Shown in pieces: positions 11,012-23,734 of a stretch of DNA of 64,000 nucleotides. Every line of letters begins with the position of its first letter. Positions within the stretch are counted from its first letter, which is position 1. A program made the position numbers and the translations under genes. The DNA is taken from NCBI GenBank assembly GCA_951406725.2, contig OX597834.1, positions 18,786,001-18,850,000 of the forward strand, read 5' to 3'. The DNA is from Octopus vulgaris (Eukaryota). The notes under the pieces were generated by a model, which made no database searches, was not told where the DNA came from, and saw only the letters and a program-made list of their open reading frames with translations.

Positions 11012-12410
11012 CATCATCATCATCATCATTTAACATCTGTTTTCCGTGCTGGCATGTGTTGGATGGTTTGACTGAAAACTGGTGAGCCAGATAGCTGCAC
11101 AAGGTTTCAATCTGATTTGGCAAGATTTCTACAGCTGGATGTCCTTCCTAACACCAACAACTCCAAGAGTGTAGTGGGTGTTTTTTATGTGCCAACAGCA
11201 TGGGTGCCATTGACCTGACATCAGCCACGACTGTGGACTCACTTGGCTTGACAGGTCTACACAGCATGGTATATCCCCAAAGGTCTTGGTCACCTGTCAC
11301 TGCCTCCATGAGGTCCCAACACTCAAACGGTGCTTTTTACATGGAAGTCAGACAGTACTGGCATCAGCCACGACTATAATTTCACTCAGCTCGACAAGTC
11401 TTCACAAGCACAGCATACTGCCCAGCGTTTGAAGGGTGCTTTTAACGAGTCTGTTACACAACATTGGCATCAGCCATGACTACAATTTCATTTGGCTTGA
11501 TGGGTCTTCTTAAGCATGGCACATTGGCAAAGGCCTTGGTTGCTTGCCATTGTCTCCATGAGGCCTAACATTCAGAGATCATTTTTCACCACCTCATACC
11601 AGGTCTTCCTGGGTCTATCTTTTCCACAGGTTCCCTCCACCGTTAAAGTGGAACACTTTTTCATACAACTATCCTTGTCCATACGCATCACATGACCATA
11701 CCTGTAGAGTTGTCTCTCTTGCACACCACATCTGATGCTTCTTTAATTCAACTTTTCTCTCAGAATGCTTACACTCTGTCGTGCATGCACACTGACATTA
11801 CACATCCGGCGGAGCACACTAGCTTCATTTCTTACAAGCCTACGCATGTCCTCAACAGTCACAGCCCATGTTTCACTGCAGTGTAGCATGGCTGTTTGCA
11901 CACAGTCATTGTACAGTCTGCCTTTTACTCTGAGTGAGAGGCTCTTTGTTACCAACAGAGGTAGGAGCTCTCTGAACTTTGCCCAGCCTATTCGTGTTCT
12001 AGCAGCTATACTCTTGGAGCATCCACCCTCATTACTGACCTGGTCACCGAAGTAACGGAAGCTATTGACTACTTCTAGTTTTACCCCACTTCTGGCATGT
12101 GATGGAATCTATTTTCTGTATGTTTTTAGTGTTAATTGTACCAGTGCACCTTCCACACACAAACTATTTTCTCTGTTAACCTTCCCCTGATATTTCTGCA
12201 CCTCGTATGTGTCCATAGCTTACACTGGGTACATTTTATGGAGTTACTACCTATGCCCCTTCTATAGATCAAGCAGGGCCAGCTACTTGAAGGGATTTGT
12301 GATTAGTCTGCTTTCCTGCTTACTAAGACTATGGTGTTTGCTAGGGCCCTTCGATTCTAGACCTTGCTTCCACACCTGAAACTTCTTCTCTAGTTCTGGC
12401 AGTGATTCAG
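11012..12410 (-). mobile_element. 5'-truncated RTE-clade LINE with 3' UTR and (GAT)n tail, inserted in a piggyBac MITE (10991-11011 plus 12411-12620)
   Basis: ORF 11743-11955 reads SLSLRVKGRLYNDCVQTAMLHCSETWAVTVEDMRRLVRNEASVLRRMC. FRYFGDQVS lies upstream and GRPRKTW-like sequence downstream. The flanks join into the MITE seen intact at 27396-27595. Confidence 0.9.
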
Positions 12411-13022
12411 TCATATCCAGCCAAAATATTCTCCCTGCTTTGTGTTGAAACTCACTAGATCTGGCCTCTCACACTTACACTACAATGTCATACAATGTTT
12501 ATTCTAAGCATAAAGCAATCATATAATTGAAATCTTGAAGCTATGGGATAATGTATAGTCAATTCAAAACGATGCGAATAAATTAGAACATTTGACGGAA
12601 TAATATGAATGCTAAAGGCATAAGTCATGAGCACACTAGACAGTCACCTGGCAACTTGAAGGGTTTAGGGGCTCAATTTTGATCTTTATAGGCTGTGACT
12701 TAGTGTCAATAAATAAATACTATAGGGGTCAGTGCATTGATTTGTCATGGGTGCAGGCTTTAAGTCTGCTAATATGGCCTTGGAGCAGAGACCACCAAAA
12801 ATTTACTTTACATAGGAGACAACAGCTAAAGTTATTTGGATGCTATATGAAAAGTGAAAGCCTTGAACACTTGGTGATAAGCAGGAAGCTGAAAGGCAGA
12901 GGATGCTAAGGAAGACAGATGATATTTGATAGACTTACCAGCTGATCAACCCAATGTGCTAAGTAGTGTGTGGGACAGGAAGGTATGAAGGTCTATGATT
13001 GTCAATGCCTGTAGATATGGCA

Positions 13023-13026
<4 letters not shown>

Positions 13027-13080
<54 letters not shown>
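13027..13080. repeat. (GA)n microsatellite
   Basis: Directly visible. Confidence 0.97.
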
Positions 13081-13082
<2 letters not shown>

Positions 13083-13409
13083 CATCAATCATGAGTTTAA
13101 TTTATTGTAAGTGTAGTACATGACAACCACCAAGATATCATGTACATTTTAAATTACAAGAGGATTTGTGGTAATAACTATATCATGTTATGACTGTTTA
13201 GCCGTGACTGTAAGTTTGTGATGTGATGTTAAGTTGCTGTGTTGTAACTCTTAACCTGTTGTGACTGCAATGTTAAGACTAATAAGTAATTGTGATTGCA
13301 CTGTTATGACTTCAGTCATTTTAACCACAATCACGACCGATTATTGATATTGTATTCAATACATTACAAAAACCCAGTTGTCTTGAAAATATTGAGATAA
13401 GGTATTAAG

Positions 13410-13611
13410 ATTATTATAATAATAATAATAATTATAATAATAATAGTAATAATAATAATAATTATTATTATTATTATTATTATTATCATAATAATAATAA
13501 TGATAATAATAATAATAATAATTATTATTATCATAATAATAGTAATAATAATAATAATGATAATAATTATTATTATTATTATCATTATCATAATAATAAT
13601 AATAATTATTA

Positions 13612-13651
<40 letters not shown>

Positions 13652-13737
13652 CATTATCATAATAATAATAATAGTAATAATGATAATAATAATAATTATT
13701 ATTATTATCATAATAATAATAATAATTATTATTTATC

Positions 13738-13778
<41 letters not shown>
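13410..13778. repeat. Compound (AAT)n/(ATT)n microsatellite with alternating orientation
   Basis: Directly visible. It is the source of the poly-I/N/Y ORFs. Confidence 0.95.
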
Positions 13779-13939
13779 CTTGAATGAGAGAGAAGCACAT
13801 GCTATCAAAGTGACACTGGCTTAAAATATACTAAGCCCGATATACCCATTATGACTACCCGTCTGATGTTACTATGGCCTTGTTATGTAAATAACCACAG
13901 TCACAACTCAATACAATATTACATCATGGTATCACAGTA

Positions 13940-14136
13940 CTTATTTCTTTATTGTCCACAGGCGACTAAACATAGAGGGGACAAACAAAAGGATTAAGTT
14001 AATTACATCAACCCTAGTGTGTAACTGGTACTTATTTAATCAATCCTGAAAGGATTAAAGGCAAAGTTAACCATGACAGAATTTGAACTCAGCACATAAT
14101 GGCAGACAAAATACCGCTAAGCCTGGCGTGCTAACG
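13940..14136 (-). mobile_element. tRNA-derived SINE family B (Meta/MESC-domain type), diverged
   Basis: Reverse complement of the family seen intact at 21908-22133. Confidence 0.75.
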
Positions 14137-15544
14137 AAATCAACACGTTCTCTCTCTACATCATATATATATATGATCTTATGCTAAGTTTTGCAACATC
14201 ATATATGATCTAATGCTAAGTTTTGCGAAGTATGTTCCATGAAAACATTTTGGTTTTCTACAAGATAAAGGTGTCTTTTAATAAAACTTTTGTGCAGAAT
14301 TTGATCTGGTCATTAAAGCCAACTGGTAGAAATTAGAGATGTTTTGGTCTTATTAGACCTCTTCAGCAAAGTATATTCTACTTATTTGGCTAGATTTAAG
14401 AGTGATCGATGAATTGATTGAAACAGAAGGAATATATTGACTATCACTGTACGAATGTCAAAAAATAGTATCTACCTTTTACTAAAACAACAACTTACAT
14501 CTTTTCGAATTTTTTAATGAATAAATTCTTTCTCTAGAATAGTTACTTCAATTAATGTCCAATTAAAATCAGGGTCATGGAGGTTATCCATAAAATACCG
14601 GTATGGGTTTGTTTGTTTTTTTATTTGAAAATTGTTAAAGAGTTGCACAAAAAGAATTAGTTTGAGAACCAGTGATTTAGGGAGGTGGGGGTCAATAATC
14701 ATAGACATTACATGTGGTTGATTTATAGGCAGGGGGTCTGATAAAGAGGGAATTCCAGAGAGATACAGTTGCGGTGGATAAAATTCTGAGTGCTGTGTAT
14801 TGAAGAGTTTGGAGGGTGAAGCACAGTATGAATGGCAAACGGAGAGAGGTAGGTGCATTGTATAACTCGAAGTGGGTGGTACACAAATAGCTACTTCAGA
14901 CAAGCTTGAACTGTTTTAGAAATGCTAGAGACGGAAGAAGAATACAGTTCATCTGTGTGCTAATGGCTGTAATGCGCTAGCAAGTGAAATTTTGCCAATC
15001 TGATAGCTGACTAATTTATACAATCTACTGGACTAAATTCATTGAAGTATTTAGTCTCAATTTCGTCTGAATTTAAATTCTGCCATATCGACTTTTCCTT
15101 TCATCTTTTTGGGGGTCGATAAATGCATGTGAAAACACAAACTGTTCTTGTGTAAAGTTAAAAGAAATGGATAGTAATATCAAGGTATGAATCAGGTTTT
15201 AGAAAACATGCTGTGACTGTAGCAAAACACAGTGGATTAATTTTTATCAATAATAATGAACAAAGAGAAAAGAATTTTGGTTATGAAGAAATCACTAGAC
15301 ATAAACATTAGTGTGAAGATGATAGAGAGAACAGGAAGATCGCAGTGTTTAGACTCTGTGTGTGTGTATGTGTCCACATGGAACATAAGATAGTAAAATG
15401 TTACACATGATAATAAAATGAGATAAGGGAACATTTTCATAGTCGTCTGACCTGCTAGAAATAGCAGTCAAATCTTGCTAAACCCACATACAATCATCTT
15501 AGAAAGAACACACAGGATAATGTAGTCTAGGGTATTCTGTGAAT

Positions 15545-15730
15545 CAACATCGTTTAACGTCCGCTTTCCATGCTAGCATGGGTTGGACGATTTTGACTGG
15601 GGATCTGGGAAGCCAGAAGGCTGCACCAGGCTCCAATCTTGATCTAGCAGAGTTTCTACAGCTGGATGCCCTTTCTAACACCAGCCACTCCGAGAGTGTA
15701 GTGGGTGCTTTTTACGTACCACCAGCATGG
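15545..15730 (-). mobile_element. Short RTE 3'-end copy
   Basis: catcgtttaacgtccgctttccatgctagcatgg...gagagtgtagtgggtgctttttacg. Confidence 0.85.
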
Positions 15731-16512
15731 GCAGGCTTCTCTAGTAAACATGTCACTTTAAATGTTATCAGTTTGGCTGATGATGTCTAATAACAAACCA
15801 AGTTCTAGTGTTGAGGAGTCCCACTCATCCATTGTATTCCATATTTAATCAAGGTTTAACATTTCAGGTTTATCTCATCTACCTTTGACCAATATTAGCA
15901 TCTTCTGCATGACATACTCCTACCCTAGCACCTACTTTCCAGCCATGCTCACTCATTCCTTTAAGCTTTTCATCCATTTCCCAATTGTTTAAGTGTCAGT
16001 CTTTGTTATTACCTAAACCCTAAATATTGTTTAAGGATAGAAAGCAACTAGCAAGACATGAAAAAAAAAATGATGAAATGGTTGTATCCAGAATGCTTTT
16101 GATCAAAACTCAGCTCAGTTAGGGCTGATCTGGGGCTGAACTAAAGATGGGTATTAAAATCTAGAGGACTTGTGTAGGCCCGCTGTAACTTGTATGAAAG
16201 AACAGAAGAGGTGAACTGAGAAAGTGGTTGGTTATTAAAAACATCAGTTAATGTATGTAGGAGAGATAACTGGTGAGGGTTTTTGAATATTTAAGTACAG
16301 GTTGAGGAAATACTGTGTACTGACAGAGAAATTACCCGTGTCAGACCAAGGCCAAGCCAAAAATGAGGAAAAGTGGTGGTGTTTGATCTTTTGATGTTGA
16401 GCACCACAAAAAATGATTACATGAGACTAAATGAATGATGATAAACCTCATAGTATTGTTCTATGTTGTATAATCAAGGCAAACATGTGAAAATGGTTGT
16501 TAAAATGATTAT

Positions 16513-17018
16513 TAAGGCATCGAGCTGGCAGAGGCGTTAAAATGCCAGACAAAATGTTTAGTGTCGTTTCATTCATCTTTATGCTCTGAGTTCAAATTCT
16601 GCTGTGGTCGACTTTGCCTTTCCTCCTTCCAGGGTTGATAAAATTAGTACCAATTGAGCACAAGGACTTACCCCTTCCCCGAAATTGCTGGCTTTGTATC
16701 AAAATTTGAAACCAAAATGATTATGATTGTAATGTTAAGACGTTTACTTCACAGCTATGTGGTTTTGGCTTCAGTCCCACTGAGTGACAGATACCTATTT
16801 CTTTACTACCCACAAGGGGCTAAACACAGAGAGGACAAAGAAGGACAGACAAATGGATTAAGTTGATTACATCGACCCCAGTGCGTAACTGGTACTTATT
16901 TAATCAACCCCGACAGGATGAAAAGCAAAGTCGACCTCGGCGGAATTTGAACTCAGAATGTAGCGGCAGGCAAAATACCGCTAAGCATTTTGCCCGGCAT
17001 GCTAACGATTCTGCCAGG
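16513..17018. mobile_element. Two SINE family B copies in inverted orientation (16513-16715 +, 16790-17018 -)
   Basis: Both carry gagttcaaatt and gtcgactttgc.tt....t.....ggt.gat.aa.t.agtacc blocks, on opposite strands. Confidence 0.8.
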
Positions 17019-18608
17019 CTTTCTTGTCATATTACCATCTAAGCAAAATAGTGATTTGATGTTTGCATTCCTTGTTGATCTTGTGACTAGTTGCTCAGCA
17101 GAATTGACCTCTGGACTTACTCTTTGTAAGCCTAGTAGTTATTCTTTTGCTAAACTGCTAAGTTATGGGGGATGTAAACACAACAGTTGTCAAGCGGTGA
17201 TGAGGGGACAGGCAGATGCACACACACATACACACACACACACACAAATACAACAGGCTTCTTTTAGTTTCTGTCTGCCAAATCCACTCGCAAGGTTTTG
17301 GGTAGACCTAGGCTATATTAGAGAACACTTGCCCAAGGTGTCACACAGTGAGACTGAACCCAGAACCAAGTGTATATTAAACTGAAAGATTACTCAATCC
17401 ATTTGGTAGAGTACACATTTTGGCCAGCTAAGCCATCATCCAATAATGGGTTAGCTGTCCAAAACTTCGAAGTCATTGTCAGTACTATTCTTGACACACA
17501 CACACACACACACACTCTCTCTCTCTCTCTCATGCACACACTTGTGCTATAAGGAGACTATAAAGTTATATACATGAATTGGAGCCTGCATATTCTTTGT
17601 CTATCCATGTGCATGCATTATTGCACAATACTGGTGTACATAATTAGTGAAACTAGTTTCAAGTAATACACCTGTTATCTTTTGACAGACAGAAATCTTC
17701 ATATTACATTCTTCTTCACTACATCTTCCCTTCTTCCTTGAAAAGCTGCAAAAACTAAGAAGAAATTGATACAGTCTTAACTGTAACCGATTGTCTTAAT
17801 GTCTTAATCCATGAAAGCTGCCATGTTTCAAAGCAGATTAAGAACTTTTGAATACGGACCTGCAGTGTTGCAGAAGATAAGAACATCTATCATGCACAGT
17901 TGGGAGATCTTCTGAAACAATAGAGCTTAACATTGGATTGCAAACAAAACATTAGCAGCTGAGGGTTGTGGGGGAATGAATAGTCAGTGGTTGGAAGAGG
18001 CTAGTTTAATTTCTCACCCTAAACCCACGTATTCACATCATCTCTTCTCCTCTCCCCACCCCATCTAGTCAGTATAAGTTAATTGCTTTTATCCTGTTGA
18101 TTGCCAATTTTCTAATCCCATTTAATTCTAAATGTTATCAAGATAATGCTAGATAATCTGGAGCTTAGCGTCAATAGAAAAATAATAATTTTGTATATAT
18201 TTGTGCAAAGTTAAAATTAATCTTTTTAATTCGTGTATGTGTGTTTGTGTTTGTGTGTATGGTGAAAATTCCTTGAGGAATTAAGTGTTATGCAAAGTGT
18301 TAACGATTCTATTTGATCTTTGTTACTTTTGTTTGTTTATCTCGTTGTTGTCAAACATCATCAAAAAAACGAAACCTCTCACTTGTAAATCCCAAACACC
18401 TAGAAAGTTGATGACAATAATGATTATGTCTTTGATGATTCATTTGTATTTGTTCCAAAAGATTGGCTACAATGGTCTTTGGAAACCCAAGCGGAGAATT
18501 TTGCTATTTTGGCAACATAATGTTGACAAACTTGTATTTATAGAAATTAGAGATTTGATAAAATAAAGTTTGTTTTTTCCCTCCTTTAATATTTTAAATA
18601 CTTATTAA

Positions 18609-18808
18609 CCCTTTCATTACCAGCCTGACTGAATCCGGCTCTGGCTTGTTTTCACAAGTTTTGAATTAAAATCTTTCACCAAACCTTAGTTACAATTTAT
18701 ATTCCTAACACTAGCTTAATTTTAACTAATTTATTTTGCTAAATTCTTTGTTATATCTAAAGTAATTGAAAGAAACAGGGTTCATCTCAAAATACAGTAA
18801 CAAAAGGG
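18609..18808. mobile_element. piggyBac-type MITE (family 1)
   Basis: TTAA-CCCTTT...AAAGGG-TTAA. The interior is homologous to 6908-7096 and 52413-52634. Confidence 0.9.
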
Positions 18809-19034
18809 TTAAGATGGTGAGCCGGCAGAGTTTAGCAAGCTGGGATCAATGATTGATGGCTTTTAATCCATCTTTATACAACTGAGCACTGGAGTCAATT
18901 AATCGACTCTAAAATTGCTAGCCTTGTGCCAAAATTTGAAGCTATTATTTTCAATGCTAACTGTAATTAATACAAAAACTACAATTACGTTAGTTCATAT
19001 GAAAGTTGTTATTTGTATATTTCTTTTTTTTTCT

Positions 19035-19360
19035 TTTTTCTTTTACTTGTTTCAGTCATTTTGACTGCGGCCATGCTGGAGCACCGCCTTTAATCGAGCA
19101 ACTCGACCCCGGGACTTATTCTTTGTAAGCCCAGTACTTATTCTATTGGTCTCTTTTGCCGAACCGCTAAGTGACAGGGACATAAATACACCAGCATCGG
19201 TTGTCAAGCAATGCTAGGGGGACAAACACAGACACACAAGCATACATGCACATATATATATATATATACATATATACGACAGGCTTCTTTCAGTTTCCGT
19301 CTACCAAATCCACTCACAAGGCTTTGGTCAGCCTGAGGTTATAGTAGAAGACACTTGCCC
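19035..19360 (-). mobile_element. SINE family A, 5'-truncated
   Basis: Near-identical to 29665-30010. Confidence 0.9.
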
Positions 19361-19807
19361 ATATGTAGAGAATTTTGTATAAACTTTGTTAGTCTACACA
19401 TGGAAATGTGCATCATAAATACATATATAAACAACGCCTGCATATATTTCAAAGCACAATAGCTGTGATGGTCTGGTGTTGGGCTACTGATCACATGGCC
19501 CTGAGTTCTAATTGCACTTACAGTCATTGTTCTTTCACAAAAACGAGTTTCTCTCTTCCTTTATTGTTGAGTAATTGCTGACAGCAATGGCATTCCTTTT
19601 ACATAAACCACTACAACTGCTTGTATACAATGATTAATGAGGTAATTATTTGTTTAGTAATATCAATGAATATGATAGCTAAAGTGTTGTACTGAATCAC
19701 CCCAGAGAGCATTCACTAAAATAAAAACTAAAGGTATGATTGATTTTGATTATTGGGACCACTTTATTTATATTTGACGGATATTTGTCCTCATCTTGTT
19801 TGTTGTT

Positions 19808-19853
19808 AACATAATGTTTCGGCTGATATACTCTCCAGCCTTCATCAGGTGTC
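19808..19853 (-). ncRNA. Type I hammerhead motif (left arm, degenerate)
   Basis: gacac-CTGATGA-a-ggctg gagagtatat cagcc-GAAAC-ATT-atgtt. Confidence 0.55.
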
Positions 19854-19924
19854 TTGGGGAAATTTCGAACCTGGGTTCTCATTCCTAAGGTATTTTTCGG
19901 TGTTGTTATTATTATTATCATTAC

Positions 19925-19966
<42 letters not shown>

Positions 19967-20227
19967 CATTATTATTCAGGTCACTGCCTGGAATCAAACT
20001 CGGAATCTTGGGGTTAGTAGCCCACACTCTTAACCACTACGCCATATGCCTGTTGGCCCACGGGCTTATGACATAGTGGTTAAGAGTGTGGGCTACTAAC
20101 CCCAAGATTCTGAGTTCGATTCCAGACAGTGATCTGAATAATAATAATAACATTGAATAATAATGATAATAATAATAACATCGAAAAATACCTTAGGAAT
20201 GAGAACCCAGGTTCGAAATTTCCCCAA

Positions 20228-20273
20228 GACACCTGATGAAGGCTGGAGGGTATATCAGCCGAAACATTGTGTT
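20228..20273 (+). ncRNA. Type I hammerhead motif (right arm)
   Basis: gacac-CTGATGA-a-ggctg gagggtatat cagcc-GAAAC-ATT-gtgtt. Helix I is gacac/gtgtt and helix II has 5 bp. Helix III reads ACAT rather than the palindromic ACGT. Confidence 0.65.
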
Positions 20274-21046
20274 AACAATAAACAAGATGAGGACAAATAT
20301 CCGTCAAATGTAAATAATGTACATAATTCCTCAGCTCTTAGATATAGAACTGTATGCTCATTACTGTTGAATATCTTCTAAAGGAGTGAACCTGCACATC
20401 TACCTTTTGAAGGAAGATGATTTGATTAGATAATCTCTAATATTCCGCACTAAAACTCCGCGCAGGACTTATGAAATAAATACCAGTAAGATAACATAGT
20501 TTATACAGTTGAATACTCATCTTGCTATTAGAAAATTAACCCCAAACCTTTCTGGTTTGACACACAAAAATGCCATCGCTCAAAGGTTCAACACACTTGT
20601 ATTAAAGACAATAAAATATCAGCTATTTTGTGAAAAAGAGCCAAAATGATACTTTGTTTCATAAAGTGTCAATAAGCTTATATGTTAGAGATAAAGTAAT
20701 AAATGTTATAAGTTGTCCTGTTCAATGGTTTTTATTGGTCTTGACTATTCAACAGACACGCATTAATGCCCATAAATGCATGCAACTGTATAAATGTGAG
20801 CAAGAGAAATACATTTGTTCTCCATCACAAACACTACATGGGTTTGGAAATCTATCTGATAATTATCTGAATACTGGATGAGTTATATAAATATTTTATG
20901 TCGAGTCAATCAAACTAGACATGATAGCCAATAGACACTTAATTGTTTTTATCTTAACTTTTTTTTTTATTTATGTCCATTTACTTTTTCTATTTTCAAA
21001 AACAAAAGAGATTTATTACTATCAAGCTGTTACATTATTATTATTA

Positions 21047-21084
<38 letters not shown>

Positions 21085-21542
21085 GTTATTATTATTATTA
21101 TTATTATATATTTTAAAATTATTTTGCTATGCAGAACATTCTTTGCTTAGCTTATAGTTGTCATATTCTAAAAACAGATTTGTTAGCTTGCTAGTCATAC
21201 TTTATATCCTGGTATCGTTTGTTCTACAGCAACCAAAGATTAGTCATAGTTCGGATCGTAGCTTTCGTATATGTTAGCTGCTATCCACTATATCAATTAC
21301 TAATTTATCAATCACTGTTCTCAACAATATGAGGTGTAAATTTTCTCCAGTTATTGCAAAAACAAATCCACCATCACCCCACCCCCATCATCACCATCAT
21401 CATGATCATCATTTAACATCCGTTTTCCATGCTGGCATGGGTTGGACAATATGACAGGAATTGGCAAACCAGAGAGCTATACCGGGCTCCAGTTGTCTGT
21501 TTTGGCATGATTCTTACTGTTGGATGTTCTTCTTAATGCCAA

Positions 21543-21752
21543 CTTATTTCTTTACTACCCACAAGGGGCTAAACGCAGAGAGGACAAACAAGGACAAACC
21601 AATGGATTAAGTCGATTATATCGACCCCAGTGCATAACTGGTACTTGTTTAATCGACCCCGAAAGGATGAAAGGCAAAGTTGACCTTGGCAGAATTTGAA
21701 CTCAGAACATAACAGCAGACGAAATACGGCTACGCATTTCGCCCGGCCTGCT
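21543..21752 (-). mobile_element. SINE family B, inserted in an old RTE 3'-end copy
   Basis: Reverse complement of 21908-22133. RTE-tail sequence lies on both sides (21400-21542 and 21753-21890). Confidence 0.88.
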
Positions 21753-21907
21753 ACTTTACAAAGTGTACTGGGTGGTTTTATTTTTTATGATATCAGCATT
21801 GGAGCTTTCTATGTGGTACCAGCACAAGTGCTTTTTTATGCAGCACCAACACAAATGCTTTTATGTGGTACTAGCACCTACAGGATTGCCAGGTAGCTTG
21901 CAAAACA

Positions 21908-22133
21908 AGGCGGCGAGCTGGCAGAAACGTTAGCACAGCGGGTGAAATGCTTAGTGGTATTTTGTCTGCCGCTACGTTCTGAGTTCAAATTCCGCCGAGG
22001 TCGACTTTGCCTTTCATCCTTTTGGGGTCGATAAATTAAGTACCAGTTATGCACTGGGGTCGATGTAATCGACTTAATACCTATGTCTGTGTCCCCTCTA
22101 TGTTTAGCCCCTTGTGGGTAATAAAGAAATAGG
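21908..22133 (+). mobile_element. Full-length SINE family B (tRNA head plus Meta/MESC-like domain) with target-site duplication
   Basis: Head aggcggcgagctggcagaaacgttagc...gagttcaaattcc and core gactttgcctttcatccttttggggtcgataaattaagtacc. The direct repeat aggtagcttgcaaaacaagg occurs at 21891-21910 and 22131-22150. Confidence 0.92.
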
Positions 22134-23412
22134 TAGCTTGCAAAACAAGGACCTCTCAGCTGAGTGAAACTGACGAGAGGTTGGAGTATGATAGAGGAAC
22201 AAGGATAGCTGTCTGTCTACAGAGGAGATACTTAGTGTTACCCCAGTAGGACAAGGAAACAGAGAGAAGTGGGAGAGAGTTAGAAAGAGAAAGCATGCTC
22301 CTCTATTTGTTTTGGAGTTCTATATTCTAAACCTATCAGTCAAAACTTCTTTACATGTCTCGTCCACAATAATACAGATGACGACTAATGACACCTGCGG
22401 TCCACTAACTTTCTCGTAATCATTCTGACACTTTGATTGACACTATTATCAATATACATATACAATATACAATACATATACAATATACATACCTCTTTTT
22501 TTAACTGGTATTTTTTAAACCGTTTTTTTTAAAAAATAAGTGCGGAAGTCACATCTACTTTAAATCACAGTGTGGTGCAGTCATTCTTTTATTGTAATTA
22601 TTTGAGGTTAAGCTAAATTGCATAATGAAACCTGATTTCATAACCTGATATCTTATTTACTTCATTTTTGTATTTCATTTGCAAGAAAGAGAACTCAACA
22701 AGTCACTGAAAAAGTTGTGAACAGTGATAAATTAAGTACCAGTTGTGTACTGGGGTCGATGTAATCGACTTAATCCCTTCGTCTGTCCTTGTTTGTCCCC
22801 TCTATGTTTAGCCCCTTGTGGGCAATAAAGAAATTAGAACTAGTCCTGGAACTTTTTGATACCACCTCGGATGCACTCAGATGCAAATATATATGCATGT
22901 TTCTATATACGGTTACATGTTTGTGCATAAATGAACATATTTGTGCAGGCATGTACATATGTAGATTTATACATGCATACTCATATTACCCATGTACATA
23001 CACATATCAATTCCATAACAATATTTAACTATTGAAATGTGAAGAAATCAATTCCCATTGATAAGGTTTGCGTGATACTAGAAATAATATCAATCTAGAT
23101 TAGGTGTTGCATAATGAAGAAAACCAAGCTGATAACCTCAACTGACAGGATTAATTGAGATTTGTCTAAAATGAATTTGAATTGAGTAGAGATAATTGTT
23201 TATAAAATTAATTCAGTGTCAAAAATATCGATTAACGCACAGCTTCACCATAATCTTTGAAAATAATCAAATGTATTCTTGTTTTTGTGTTCCCAGTGAG
23301 ATCTCATATTGTTATAATTAATATATTTCGAATTTCCATATTGATGCTTAAATACCACATGCATTGCAGATTTGCATAATAGCATATTCTTAATTTGATT
23401 GAAGAGATTTGT

Positions 23413-23446
<34 letters not shown>

Positions 23447-23734
23447 TGATAATGATAATAATAATGATAATTATGAATTTTTCTGATTTTTAGGCTCAGT
23501 GCCATCTGTTTTGTGGAGAGCGGGGTTGGTTAATAACATTGATCCTGGGTAGGAAAGGCAAAGCTAACCAGGGTGGAATTTGAACTCAGAATGTAAAGCT
23601 AACCAGGGTGGGATTTGAACTCAGAATGTAAAGAATGTAATTTGCAAAGCAGTTTTTCCAATGCTCTAATGATTCTAAAGGCTTCTCACTACTACCACCA
23701 CCACCACCACCACTACTACTACTAATAATAATTA

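Larger units (their letters stand above)
19764..20355. mobile_element. Head-to-head foldback of a tRNA-headed, hammerhead-carrying retroelement
   Basis: The arms are reverse complements about a centre near 20056. Each arm has an A-box, B-box, (AAT)n and CTGATGA-a-ggctg..cagcc-GAAAC. The right arm has an extra ~35-bp tail. Confidence 0.8.

Noticed and set aside
13356-13808. Poly-I/N/Y ORFs, and likewise the YI/HT/CV ORFs at 35229-35585, 40763-41561, 47318-47884 and 58346-59216
   Set aside because: They are translations of stop-free microsatellites.
14514-14903. 129-aa minus-strand ORF
   Set aside because: No recognisable domain, a non-ATG start, and overlap with a decayed MITE end.
19975-20135. 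tRNA-Ser(ACT)-like genes, and other tRNA-like heads such as 48635-48710
   Set aside because: Acceptor and T stems do not pair properly, and the heads run directly into repeat bodies, so they are SINE heads.
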